DNA from: an uncultured Planctomycetaceae bacterium
GTDB taxonomy: Bacteria; Planctomycetota; Phycisphaerae; SM23-33
Assembly: GCA_964385465.1 (NCBI GenBank)
Contig: CAYLPJ010000003.1
Span: 148,626-212,625, forward strand
Length of the DNA: 64,000 bases
Direction: 5' to 3'
Shown here one piece after another: positions 1 through 9,800 of this stretch; the first letter of the stretch is position 1, and every line of letters begins with the position of its first letter. A model generated the notes under the pieces. It ran no database searches. It was given only the letters and a program-made list of their open reading frames with translations, and was not told the DNA's origin. Both the position numbers and the translations under genes were made by a program.

Positions 1-1
1 C

Positions 2-541
2 GCCGTCGCCGACGGGGAGAACCTCGACGCCCGGGAGGCCCTGGGGCTGGGCACCGACCTCGGCGGCTACGCGATCATGATCGGCGGGACCAACGGGGCG
101 CACCTCAACAGCTTCTCGCTGGTGGACCTGCTGCCGCACGGGCGAGCCTGTGCGGTGATGAACCCCTACTACGCCGTGCTGTTCGCCCCGGCCATTCCCG
201 AGCGGCTTCGGGCTGTGGGGGAGGTCTACCGCCGGGCCGGCTACGTCACCGCCGAGCTCGATGCCCTCAGACCCCGCGAACTGGGGATCGCCGTCGCCGA
301 GGGCATGGTCGCCATGTCCCGGGCCATCGGCTTCCCCGCCACGCTGGCGGAGATTGACGGCTTCTCCGACGAGCACGTCGACCGCTGCCTCCGCGCCGCC
401 AAGGACCCCAAGCTCGCCAGCAAGCTCGCCAACATGCCCGTCGCGCTGACGCCCGACAACGTCGACGAGATCATGGGCTCGGTGCTCGATGCGGCCGGGA
501 CCGGGGACTTCCGGAAGATCGCCGAGGTGGACGTACCGTGA
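2..541 (+). CDS. Iron-containing (group III) alcohol dehydrogenase, C-terminal fragment; the 5' end lies upstream of the window
   Basis: The reading frame is open from position 2 (AVADGENLDAREALGLGTDLGGYAIMIGGTNGAHL...). The motif '...LLPHGRACAVMNPYY...' resembles the Fe-ADH metal-site region. Stop is TGA at 539-541. Confidence 0.55.
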   Translation, partial: AVADGENLDAREALGLGTDLGGYAIMIGGTNGAHLNSFSLVDLLPHGRACAVMNPYYAVLFAPAIPERLRAVGEVYRRAGYVTAELDALRPRELGIAVAEGMVAMSRAIGFPATLAEIDGFSDEHVDRCLRAAKDPKLASKLANMPVALTPDNVDEIMGSVLDAAGTGDFRKIAEVDVP

Positions 542-1833
542 GCGCTTCCCGAACGGCTGCCCTCGCCGTCGTCCTCGCCGCCGCGCCCGCGTCGGCCGGG
601 TCCGGCCGCGACGCCGCCGAGCGCCTCGCCGGGCGGACGTTCCCATCGGTCTTCCAGGCGTGGAACCGCGCCGACAACCTGCCCGACGAGGAGCGCCTGG
701 CAACCGCGGCCAGGCACGACCTGATCTTCCACGGCGTGGGGTTCTTCGGCCTGCGATGGGCCGACAGGGAGCATCGCGGCCGGGCGACGGCGTTCCGCCC
801 GGACAGCATCGCCGCCGCCCGCAAGCGGCGGGCGGAACTGCTCGAGCGGAACCCGAATCTCGTTCTGCTGGCCGAGATCCGCTACCGCGACGCCCACCGA
901 AGCTGGCTGCCCGCCGGGCACGCCTGGTGGCTGCGCGACGCCGACGGGAAGATCGTTGCCGGGTGGAAGGAGGGCGGGTACTGGCGACTGGACTTCGGCA
1001 ACGCGGCGTACCGCCGGCACGTCGCCGCCCGGGCGAAGGCGGCCGTGGGGTCCGGGGTGCTCGACGGCGTGATGCTGGACTGGTGGCGGGACGACGCGGA
1101 CCGGCTGGCCCTGCTGGGGGCCGTTCGCGAGGCCGTCGGTCCCGACGCGCTGATCCTCGTCAACAGCAACGACCGCCGCGTGCCGCGCTCGGCAAAGGCG
1201 GTCAACGGCCTGTTCATGGAGTGCACACGGACGCGGGAGGCCCGGGACTGGCAGCGCCTTGCCGGAACGCTCGCCTGGGCCGAAAAGGCCCTGCGGACCC
1301 CGCGGATCAACTGCCTCGAGACCTGGTATCACCGGTCCCGCGAGGACCTTCACCTCATGCGGGCCACCACCACCCTCGCCCTGACGCGGTCCGACGGCTT
1401 CTGCCTGTTCTCCGACCCCAATCCCCTACCCAAGCCCGACCATCTGCACAACTGGTATCCGTTCTGGGATGCCCCCCTCGGCCGTCCCAAAGCCCCCGGC
1501 CGCGAGCATCACGACGGGACGTGGCGGCGCGAGTTCACCGGCGGCCTGGCCGTCTACAACCCCATCGGCAACACGCCCGCCACACTCGCCTTCGACCGCC
1601 CCCGCACCAGCCGCGCCACCGGCCGGACGGCCCGAAAGCACACCGTCCAGCCTTGCGACGGCGACGTGTTCCTCTCGGCCCGGGAAGGTCGGCGGTTCGA
1701 CAATACCCCGATGCCCGCGACCGACAGGCGCAGCCCGCTCGCGGCCGCCGTCGGTTTCAGAAGTGGCAGACACTTCCGCTTCCCGGACAGGAGACCATCA
1801 TGCCGACCACCTTCTCTCGACGGGCATTTCTGA
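538..1833 (+). CDS. Secreted hypothetical glycoside-hydrolase-like (GHL-type TIM-barrel) protein
   Basis: GTG start overlaps the ADH stop. There is an N-terminal signal peptide (AALAVVLAAAPASAGSG). The composition is Trp/aromatic-rich and barrel-like (FPSVFQAWN...WWLRDADGK...LDWWRDD), reminiscent of the 'hypothetical glycosyl hydrolase' families. The family assignment is unverified. Confidence 0.5.
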   Translation: MSASRTAALAVVLAAAPASAGSGRDAAERLAGRTFPSVFQAWNRADNLPDEERLATAARHDLIFHGVGFFGLRWADREHRGRATAFRPDSIAAARKRRAELLERNPNLVLLAEIRYRDAHRSWLPAGHAWWLRDADGKIVAGWKEGGYWRLDFGNAAYRRHVAARAKAAVGSGVLDGVMLDWWRDDADRLALLGAVREAVGPDALILVNSNDRRVPRSAKAVNGLFMECTRTREARDWQRLAGTLAWAEKALRTPRINCLETWYHRSREDLHLMRATTTLALTRSDGFCLFSDPNPLPKPDHLHNWYPFWDAPLGRPKAPGREHHDGTWRREFTGGLAVYNPIGNTPATLAFDRPRTSRATGRTARKHTVQPCDGDVFLSAREGRRFDNTPMPATDRRSPLAAAVGFRSGRHFRFPDRRPSCRPPSLDGHF

Positions 1834-3236
1834 AACGCGCAGGGCTCGGCGCGGCCGCGCTGGCCGCGACGCCGCGCCTGGCCTCGGCGGCCGCGGAGGC
1901 CGGGGGGAAGCCCAACTTCATCGTCATCTTCGCCGACGACCAGGGCTACGGGGACATGGGCTGCTACGGCTCGAGGAAGCTCAAGACGCCCGCCTGGGAT
2001 CGCATGGCCGCCGAGGGGATGAAGTTCACGGACTTCTACGTCACCGCGCCGGTGTGCACGCCGTCGCGGTCGAGCCTGGTCACCGCCTGCTACCCGCGGC
2101 GGGTCGGCATGCATCAGCACGTCCTGTTTCCCCACTCGAAGAAGGGCCTGAACCCCGACGAGATCACCATCGCCGAGGTGCTCAAGGGGGCCGGCTACGC
2201 CACGGCGTGCGTGGGCAAGTGGCACCTCGGGCACCAGCGGAAGTTCCTGCCCACCCGCCAGGGCTTCGACACGTACTACGGCGTCCCGTTCAGCAACGAC
2301 ATGTGGCTGCCGGCCGGGATGGCCTACGCCGACGACGCGAAACTGCCCGACGACTTCCCCGCCGACCTCCGCAAGGCCGGCGAGAAGAAGCGCAACGCCG
2401 TCCCGCTGATGCGTGACGAGGAAGTCATCGAGTACCCCGCGAACCAGGGCACGCTGACCGAGCGGTACACCGAGGAGGTCGTCCGCTTCATCACGGCCAA
2501 CAAGGACCGCCCGTTCTTCGTCTACCTTCCCCACACGATGTGCCACTACCCGCTGCACGTCTCCGAGCGGTTCAAGGGCAAGACGGGCGCGGGGCGGTTC
2601 GCCGACGTCATCGCCACGCTGGACTGGTCCACCGGCGAGATCCTCAAGGCCCTCAAGCGGCTCGGGCTGGACGAGAAGACGCTGGTGATCTACACGTCCG
2701 ACAACGGCCCGGCCCCCGGCTCGTCGGGGCCGCTGCGGGGCAAGAAGGGCTCGACGTGGGAGGGCGGCATGCGCGAGCCGTGCCTGATGCGCTGGCCCGG
2801 GAAGATCCCCCCCGGCAGCGTCTGCTCCGAGGTCGCCACCGTCATGGACTTCCTGCCCACGCTCGCCGGCCTCGCCGGGGCCGACGTGCCGACCGACCGC
2901 GTCATCGACGGCAAGGACATCGCCGACCTGATCACCGCCAAGCCCGGCGCCAAGAGCCCGCACGAGGCGTTCTTCTATCACACCGCCCGCGGCCAGCTCG
3001 CGGCCGTGCGGTGCGGCAAGTGGAAGCTGCACGTCAAGCCGCCGCGGCGCCGCCGGAAGAAGGGCAAGGACCAGCCGAAGCCCCCGGCGGTTGCCCTGTA
3101 CGACCTGGAGGCCGACCTCGGCGAGACGACGAACGTCGCCGACCGTCACCCGGACGTCGTGGCCCGGCTGGAGCGGCTGCTGGCGGAGTTCGACGCCGAG
3201 ATCAAGGCCAACAGCCGCCCGCCCGCGAAGGCGTGA
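1800..3236 (+). CDS. TAT-secreted formylglycine-type sulfatase (arylsulfatase family)
   Basis: ATG at 1800. Twin-arginine motif SRRAFLKRAG. Sulfatase signature C-T-P-S-R (CTPSRSSLVTACYPRR). Sulfatase-family motifs run throughout (GKWHLG, TSDNGP). Confidence 0.85.
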   Translation: MPTTFSRRAFLKRAGLGAAALAATPRLASAAAEAGGKPNFIVIFADDQGYGDMGCYGSRKLKTPAWDRMAAEGMKFTDFYVTAPVCTPSRSSLVTACYPRRVGMHQHVLFPHSKKGLNPDEITIAEVLKGAGYATACVGKWHLGHQRKFLPTRQGFDTYYGVPFSNDMWLPAGMAYADDAKLPDDFPADLRKAGEKKRNAVPLMRDEEVIEYPANQGTLTERYTEEVVRFITANKDRPFFVYLPHTMCHYPLHVSERFKGKTGAGRFADVIATLDWSTGEILKALKRLGLDEKTLVIYTSDNGPAPGSSGPLRGKKGSTWEGGMREPCLMRWPGKIPPGSVCSEVATVMDFLPTLAGLAGADVPTDRVIDGKDIADLITAKPGAKSPHEAFFYHTARGQLAAVRCGKWKLHVKPPRRRRKKGKDQPKPPAVALYDLEADLGETTNVADRHPDVVARLERLLAEFDAEIKANSRPPAKA

Positions 3237-3262
3237 AGGCGCACATGACACCGCCGCGGGCG

Positions 3263-4618
3263 TCAGGCTGAAGGCAGGCAGGCCAGGTACTGCCTGCCCT
3301 TGGCGTCGTTCTCGCGTTCGACGTATTGGGCCAAGCGGCCGCGGTGGGCGGCCAGCACGTCGCGCCCGGCCGGGTCCCCGGCGAGGTTGACGGTCTCGTC
3401 GGGGTCCGTCCGCATGTCGAAGAGTTGCTCCTCGGCGTTCTCGCCCTGGCAGTACAGCATGTACTTCCAGTCGGCCGAGCGGACCATCCGCCCGCCAACG
3501 GTTTCGGAGAAGACCGCGTCCCGCCAAGGGACTTCCGCCTCCCCGGCGACCAGCGGGCGGAGGCTGCGCCCGGCGAGGTCCGCCGGGGCGGCGATGCCCG
3601 CGTAGTCGCAGAGCGTCGGGATCAGGTCCGGGCCGCCGCAGACGAGGTGGTCGTCGTCCACGCGGGCGGGGGCCCCGGCGGCGGGGTCGCGGACGATCAG
3701 CGGCACGTGGACGGACTCCTCGTAGAACGAGCGCTTCATCGTCAGGCCGTGGGCGGCGTCGTGGTCGCCGTGGTCGCTGGTGAACAGCACGACGGTGCTG
3801 CCGGCCAGGCCGGCGTCGTCCAGCGCTTCCAGGACCGTGCCTATCTGCCGGTCCGCGACCTGCATATGGTGGCGGTATACGGCCCGGTAGCGGCCCCAGA
3901 CGTCCGCGTCCCATTCCCGGGCCGCCAGGGCGTAGCGGCGGTTGAGGCCGAGTTGGAAGTCCTCCTCCCGGCCCAGCATGCCCTCCCGGAAGCCGCGCAT
4001 CCAACGCGTCTCGCCCTCGGTGGGGGCAAAGTTGCGAGGCAGAGGAAGGGGCTCGATATCCGGGCCTCGTCCCTGGCCGGCCCGGCCAAGGAAGCGGCAG
4101 ATGTCGTGCGGGTTGTCGAACGACGCCCAGAGAAAGAACGGTCTGCCGTGGCGGCCGCGGAGATACTCCGCCGCCGCCACGGCGAGCCCGTCGCGATTGT
4201 CCCCCGTCAGGCATCGGAACCCGTAGGTCTTCTCGTCGGCGGGCGAGATGTTGTACGGCCCCTCGACGTGCAGCTTCCCGCCGTAGACCGTCTCGTACCC
4301 GGCCTCGCGGAGCAGCCGGCCCATCGGGGGAGTCGCCACGCAGGACGCCATCGCCGGCAGATCATGCTCGCGGCCCTTGCGGTTGGTCTCCAAGCCGTCG
4401 AAGCGGTGGGGCATGTGCCCGGTCATCATCGCGTAGCGAGCCGGGATGCACACGGGGTTCGGGCTGTACGCCCGGGCGAACCGCACGCCGCCGGCGGCGA
4501 GGCCGTCCAGCGCGGGCGTCCGCACGTGAGGATCGCCGGCACAGCTCATCAGGCGGTGGTGCTGCTGGTCGGTGGTGATGAGCAGGATGTTCGGCCGGTC
4601 GGCGGGAAGGTCAGGCAC
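3263..4618 (-). CDS. Sulfatase family protein with no signal peptide, probably cytoplasmic
   Basis: GTG start at 4618. CxPxR signature 'CIPARYAMMTG'. Motifs 'LLITTDQQ' and 'FTSDHGD' are present. No hydrophobic N-terminus. It is convergent with the upstream sulfatase, 26 nt apart. Confidence 0.85.
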   Translation of the reverse strand: MPDLPADRPNILLITTDQQHHRLMSCAGDPHVRTPALDGLAAGGVRFARAYSPNPVCIPARYAMMTGHMPHRFDGLETNRKGREHDLPAMASCVATPPMGRLLREAGYETVYGGKLHVEGPYNISPADEKTYGFRCLTGDNRDGLAVAAAEYLRGRHGRPFFLWASFDNPHDICRFLGRAGQGRGPDIEPLPLPRNFAPTEGETRWMRGFREGMLGREEDFQLGLNRRYALAAREWDADVWGRYRAVYRHHMQVADRQIGTVLEALDDAGLAGSTVVLFTSDHGDHDAAHGLTMKRSFYEESVHVPLIVRDPAAGAPARVDDDHLVCGGPDLIPTLCDYAGIAAPADLAGRSLRPLVAGEAEVPWRDAVFSETVGGRMVRSADWKYMLYCQGENAEEQLFDMRTDPDETVNLAGDPAGRDVLAAHRGRLAQYVERENDAKGRQYLACLPSA

Positions 4619-5153
4619 TGCCGCTTCCGTCCAGGCCGCGAGCCTTCATCTCCTCGTCCGGCTCCCAGGTGGGGCCGGCCAGGACGACGGATGCCTCGGT
4701 CTGCCGAGCGGGGATGGTCCAGTACTTCTCGAGCACGAAGACGGTCTGGTCGCGGTCCAGCACCCGGTAGCCGTGCTTGCGGTAGAAGTCGATCGCCCAG
4801 GTCGCCGCGGCCCAGGTGCCGATGAGGATCGGCTTGCCGGTGAGCCTCTCCAGGTGCTTCAGCAGCAGGGAGCCGACGCCCTGGCGGCGGTAGTCGGTCC
4901 GCACGTAGGCGTGGCGGATGAGCGTCACGGCCCCGCAGTCCTGGATGCCCATGACCCCCAGGAGCATGCCGTCCTGCTCGACCGCCCAGAACTGCACGCC
5001 GCTGGCGACCTCGGACCGGACGTGCGCCGCACGCATGTAGGGCTCGCGCCAGCGGTCCTTGGGGATCCGCCCGCGGTAGGCCTCCGCGGCGTCGTTGATG
5101 ACCTCGAAGATCTCCGGTACGTCGGCTTCGGTGCACTGTCGGATCATGGGCAT
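4611..5153 (-). CDS. GNAT family N-acetyltransferase
   Basis: Acetyl-CoA-binding motif RRQGVGSLLLKHLE. Length ~180 aa. Its stop overlaps the start of the downstream sulfatase by 8 nt. Confidence 0.7.
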   Translation of the reverse strand: MPMIRQCTEADVPEIFEVINDAAEAYRGRIPKDRWREPYMRAAHVRSEVASGVQFWAVEQDGMLLGVMGIQDCGAVTLIRHAYVRTDYRRQGVGSLLLKHLERLTGKPILIGTWAAATWAIDFYRKHGYRVLDRDQTVFVLEKYWTIPARQTEASVVLAGPTWEPDEEMKARGLDGSGSA

Positions 5154-5208
5154 CTCCAGGTTGTGTCCCGTTCTGTCTGCCGGGCGGCCGGGGGCCGTCC
5201 TGCTGTCT

Positions 5209-5466
5209 TCATCCCCCCGCCAAGGCGGCTTCGATGTGATCGGCGGCGCGGGCGTCGAGGTCGCGGGCCTGGCCGATCAGCTCGATGGACCGGCGGCGGC
5301 CCTTCGGGTCCGCGAACCGGCGGGCGGCCACCTCGCCCCGGCCCGTGCCGCCTTCGTTCTTCCAGACGGCCCACATCAGTTCGTGCTCCTTGGCGTAGCA
5401 CGACGCGGCCGCGTGGAGGTTCGAGGCCTGGCAGGGCATGCACTCGGGCGTTTCGCGGACGAGCAA
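5209..5466 (-). CDS. Small hypothetical protein (85 aa, TTG start)
   Basis: This is the only frame in the 5154-5620 gap with protein-like composition (W, K, N, H, C: 'CMPCQASNLHAAASCYAKEHELMWAVWKNEGG'). The other overlapping frames are Arg/Pro-rich junk. The weak start codon lowers confidence. Confidence 0.3.
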   Translation of the reverse strand: MLVRETPECMPCQASNLHAAASCYAKEHELMWAVWKNEGGTGRGEVAARRFADPKGRRRSIELIGQARDLDARAADHIEAALAGG

Positions 5467-5620
5467 GCGGCTGGCGTACCAGCGGCCCTCGGAGAGGGTG
5501 TCGGTCGCGTCGCGATGGACGTGGAAGGGCGGATACCCGCGGCACGCCCTCCCAGCACGCGGCGGCGAGGCGGTGCGGACGCGTCGGCCATGGTGTCCCC
5601 TTTCCGGGTGCCGCCGGCGG

Positions 5621-6238
5621 CTACGGCGCCTCGCGGACGGACTCGATCATCGCGTGATCGCCCTTGAGGTCGCCGCCCAGTCGGCCGAACTCGATCAACG
5701 CCTTGCCTTGTTCCCACTCGCTGACGTGCAGGCGATAGGCCAGGCCCAGCGCCCCGGCCCGGTGCGTGCCGCCGATGCAGTGCAGATAGAACGGCCCGTC
5801 GCCGCCGCGGACGGCATCGAGGAAGGTCGCGAGCGTCTCGGCCGGCACGCCGCCGGCCTTGTCGAACGCCAGGTCCACCAGCTTCAGGTCATGGTCTTGG
5901 GCGTACTTCCGGAGGATGTCGTCCGGCGAGACCGACAGGATCGTCGTGACGCCCCACTTCTTCAGCGCCTTCATCCCCTTGCCGCTGAGCGGCTGGCCGC
6001 CGCGGATGAGCCTGGCGTCGTAGCGGACCACGAAGTTGTTGAGCCCCTCCACCGTGCCGATCACCTCGTACTCGCCCACGTCCGGGGGCAGGACGGGGTT
6101 CTCGATCACCTTGTACGTCGCCTGCGTCACGGCATCGGGCTTGGGCGGCGCGGCCGAGTCGTCCCGGCATCCGGGGACCAGCCCGGCCACCAACGGCACC
6201 ACAACAAGGACAAGCGATCTCCGCAACACGACATCCAT
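5621..6238 (-). CDS. Lipoprotein, dual-specificity/tyrosine-phosphatase-like (CX5R) protein
   Basis: Signal peptide plus lipobox-like LVPGC. Catalytic P-loop HCIGGTHRAG (C-X5-R). Confidence 0.7.
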   Translation of the reverse strand: MDVVLRRSLVLVVVPLVAGLVPGCRDDSAAPPKPDAVTQATYKVIENPVLPPDVGEYEVIGTVEGLNNFVVRYDARLIRGGQPLSGKGMKALKKWGVTTILSVSPDDILRKYAQDHDLKLVDLAFDKAGGVPAETLATFLDAVRGGDGPFYLHCIGGTHRAGALGLAYRLHVSEWEQGKALIEFGRLGGDLKGDHAMIESVREAP

Positions 6239-6461
6239 ATCCGACTCTCCTGAACGGGGCTGCGCTCAAACCGGCAGTATATCGCATTTCCGTGGCTGGA
6301 TACACAGCACGCGGTCGGCGACTCGGCAAGCGTTCAGGGCTTCTCGGTCGCCCGATTGGCACAAGGTGCGGCACGAACAAGAAGCGGGCGGGGCGGCTGC
6401 TCCGAGGGCGTACCTACAGGGAAATGCCCGGTGGTCGGCGGATGCGTCAGGCACAGCAGGC

Positions 6462-6809
6462 CTATTCGTCCAGCCGTTGACCCCGGGGAAGGTCTGGCGC
6501 GTGATTGCCGTCTTCTCCACCCAGGCTCCGCTCGACGGGCAGGACGGCGGCGGTGAGGGTCTGGTGTGTCTTGCGCGCGTCCCGGAAGGTCTGGAGGGCG
6601 TCGAGGAGGTCGTCGACAGCCTCGTCGGGGATGTGGGCCTGGATGACCGTAAGGTTGCCCGGGTAGACCTGCGTGCCCTGGTGCTTGCCGGCGGCGTCGC
6701 GGCCGGCGGCCATGGACATGCGGACATAGTCCTGCACGTTGCGGTTGTCGAGGAGCCGCTCGACCTGCTCGGTGAACTCGAAGGGGAACGTGACGTGCAG
6801 GAGCTTCAT
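6462..6809 (-). CDS. Small P-II-like (DUF3240-type) protein, third gene of the RND operon
   Basis: ATG at 6809 (MKLLHVTFPFEFTEQVERLL...). An ATGA overlap with the stop of the RND pump gene implies translational coupling. The family call is from memory of CzcA-associated P-II-like proteins. Confidence 0.55.
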   Translation of the reverse strand: MKLLHVTFPFEFTEQVERLLDNRNVQDYVRMSMAAGRDAAGKHQGTQVYPGNLTVIQAHIPDEAVDDLLDALQTFRDARKTHQTLTAAVLPVERSLGGEDGNHAPDLPRGQRLDE

Positions 6810-9800
6810 GCCGACCCGCCCTCCTGTTCCTGGCGCTTGCCTCGGCGGGCGAGGCGCTGCCGCAGGCCGTCGGTCCCGGCGGTTACCAGGTGGTAGACGA
6901 CGGGCAGGAACACGAGCGTCAGCAGCGTGGTGGCCAGCAGGCCGAACGCCACGGCGACGCCCATCGGCGCGCGAGCCTCTCCGCCGGAGCCGAAGCCCAG
7001 GGCGATCGGCGTGATGCCCAGCACGGTCGAGACGGTGGTCATCACGACGGGGCGGAAGCGGACGGATGCGGCTTCGGCGGCGGCCTCCCGGCGGGTGCGA
7101 CCGCGGGCGACCAGCACGTTGGTGTAGTCGATCATGAGGATCGCGTTCTTCGTGGCCATGCCCGAGAGCATGATCAGCCCGATGAACGAGACGATCCCCA
7201 GGGGCATGCCGAACGCCCACAGCGCCGCGAACGCCCCGGCCCAGGCCAGCGGCAGGGCCACGAGAATGATCAGCGGCTGGAGGAACGACTCGAACTGTCC
7301 GGCCAGCACGAGGTAGATGAACAGCACGGCCAGGCCGACGGTCAGCAGGAGGTTACGGAAGGACTCCTGGAAGTCCTGCGTTCGGCCGGTGAAGGCGTAG
7401 TCGAACCGCTGGGGCAGTTGCTCGGCGAGGCGGTCCTCCAGGGCCCCAACGGCCCGGCCGAGGGAGGCGCCCGGCGGCGTGGAGGCGGAGATCGTGGCCG
7501 AGCGAATGCGGTTGAAGTGATGGATGGCGCTGGGCCCGACGCCCTCGCTGTGGGCGAGAAGGTCGCCGACGGAGACGAGCTTGCCGGTCTTGCTGCGGAC
7601 GTAGAGGGAGCGGATCATCTCGGGGACCATGCGTCCCTTGAGGACGATCTCGGGGATGACCTCATAGCGTTCGGCTCGGCGCTCGATCTCGGAGACGTCC
7701 GGTTCGCCGAGCAGCAGCCCGAAGGCATCGTTGAGGGCCCGCACGGACACGCCCATCTGGTTGGCGAGGTCGCGGCGGGGGCGCAGGTCCACTTGGGGCT
7801 TGTTCATCTTCAGGTCGGAGTTGACGCCGGTGAAGTCATCCTGCCGCCGCATCCAGGCCATCAGCTCGTCCTGGCGGCGAGCCAGTTCGGCGAGGTCGGG
7901 GTGCTGGAGGGCGACCTGGATCTCCGCTCCCCTGGCCACGCCCGCGCCGCCGGGCTCCAGGACGAACACGCGGCCAAGGGGGATCTTCGCGAACGCCTCC
8001 CGCATCTTCTGAACGACGCGGCTCTGGTGGAGCTCGCGCCGGCCGCGAGGCACGAGACGGACGAAGAAGATCCCCTCGTTGACCTTCCCCGGCCCGGCTC
8101 CGCGGGAGAGTCCGACGGCGTTGAAATAGTGCTTCACCTCGTCGGTGCGGCGCAGCACGCGGCGGATGGCCTCGGCCTGGCGCTCGGTCGCGCGGAGGGT
8201 CGAGCCCTCGGGCATCTCGTGGGAGATGATGAACTGGGAGCGGTCCACGGTGGGCAGGAATTCGGTGGACAGCCGACCGGCCAGCAGCACGGTGCCGCCG
8301 AGGATGCCGGCCGCGGCCAGCAGCGTGACGACCGGGTGGGCGAATGCCCGTTCCAGCAGCAAGCCGTAGCCCCTGCCCAGGGAGTCCACGGCGGCCTCGG
8401 CCCGGCGGGCGATCCGGCCTCGCGAGCCGCCGGGCTTGAGCAGGCGGGCGCACAGCATGGGCGTCAGCGTCAGGGCGGTCAACGTCGAGGCGAATACCGT
8501 CACGGCCACGGTGAGGCTGAACTCGTAGAAGAACCGTCCGATCAGCCCGGCGGTGAAGGCCACGGGGATGAATACGGCGGCAAGGGCGAGGGTGTTGGCG
8601 ATGGCGGGGAAGGCGACCTCGGTGGTGCCCACGCGTGCGGCGGGGCGTGGCTCTCCTCCTTCGTCCAGGGTCCGCTTGGCGGACTCCAGCACGACAACGG
8701 CGTCGTCGACGACGATGCCGATGGCCAGGATCAGCGCCAGCATGGTCAGCGTGTTGAGGCTGAAGCCAAGCAGGCTCATGATCGCCAGTCCGGCCAGGAG
8801 GCTGATCGGGATCGACAGCGTGGTGATCAGCGTCCCCCAGCCGCTTCGGAGGAAGCCGAGCACGACGGCGACAACGAGCCCGGTGGCCAGGAAGATGGTG
8901 AAGATCAGGTCGCGGATGCTGGCCTGGATGTACTCGGAGTCGTCGGTGGCGACGGTGTAGGTCAGGCCCTCGGGGAAGCGTTCGGCGAGCCGCTTCATGC
9001 GCTGCCGCACCGCGCGTGCGAGGGCGACGGTATTGGCCCCGCTGCGCTTGACGATGCCCAGCCCGATGGCCGTCTCGCCGTTGAACGCGGCGGTCTGGCG
9101 GTCGTTCTCCACGCCGGCGTAGGCCTTGCCGACGTCGCCAACGCGGACGACTGCGCCGTCCCGCTCGGCCACGACGATCCGGTTGATCGGCTCGGGGCCG
9201 TCGAGCTGCCCGTGTAGCTTGACGAGGAACTCGCGCTGGTCGCTCTCGACGCGTCCGGCGGGCAGGTCGACGTTGTTCGCCCGGATGGCCTCGACCACGT
9301 CCCCGACGGTGAGGTCCCGTGCGGCGAGGCGTTCGGGATCGAGGCGGACGCGAACGGCATAGCGCCTTTCGCCGCCGAGGATGACGCGTCCGACGCCGCG
9401 GAGGTTCTGGAGGCGTTCCTTGAGCGTCTCGTCGGCGTAGGCGCTCAGGGAGACGGCATCCCAACGGCGGTCGCCGGTCACGGCGATCCACATCACCGCC
9501 CGCGCGTCGGGATCGAGCTGGCGGACGATCGGCGACTCGATGCCGTCGGGCAGCTCCCGCAGGGCGCGGTCCACGCGGTCGCGGACGTCCTGGGTGGCGA
9601 TGTCCACGTCCACCCACAGCTCGAACTCCGCCGTGATTGTCCCCACCTGTTCTCGCGCGGTCGAGGTGAGCTTCTTGAGCCCCTCGACCGTGTTGATCTC
9701 CTCCTCCAGCGGGTCGATGACCTCCGTCTCGATGACCTCCGGCTCGGCCCCGGGCAGCACCACGTTCACGCTGACCACGGGGAACTCCACGTCCGGATTC

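Noticed and set aside
489-3236. The 915-aa ORF fusing upstream sequence to the sulfatase
   Set aside because: The first ~437 residues are Arg/Pro-rich out-of-frame read-through across the real GH-like gene. The sulfatase begins at the ATG at 1800 with a TAT signal.
3326-4825. 499-aa plus-strand ORF opposite the signal-less sulfatase and GNAT
   Set aside because: Low-complexity G/A/V/R-rich translation. The minus-strand sulfatase has the CxPxR signature.
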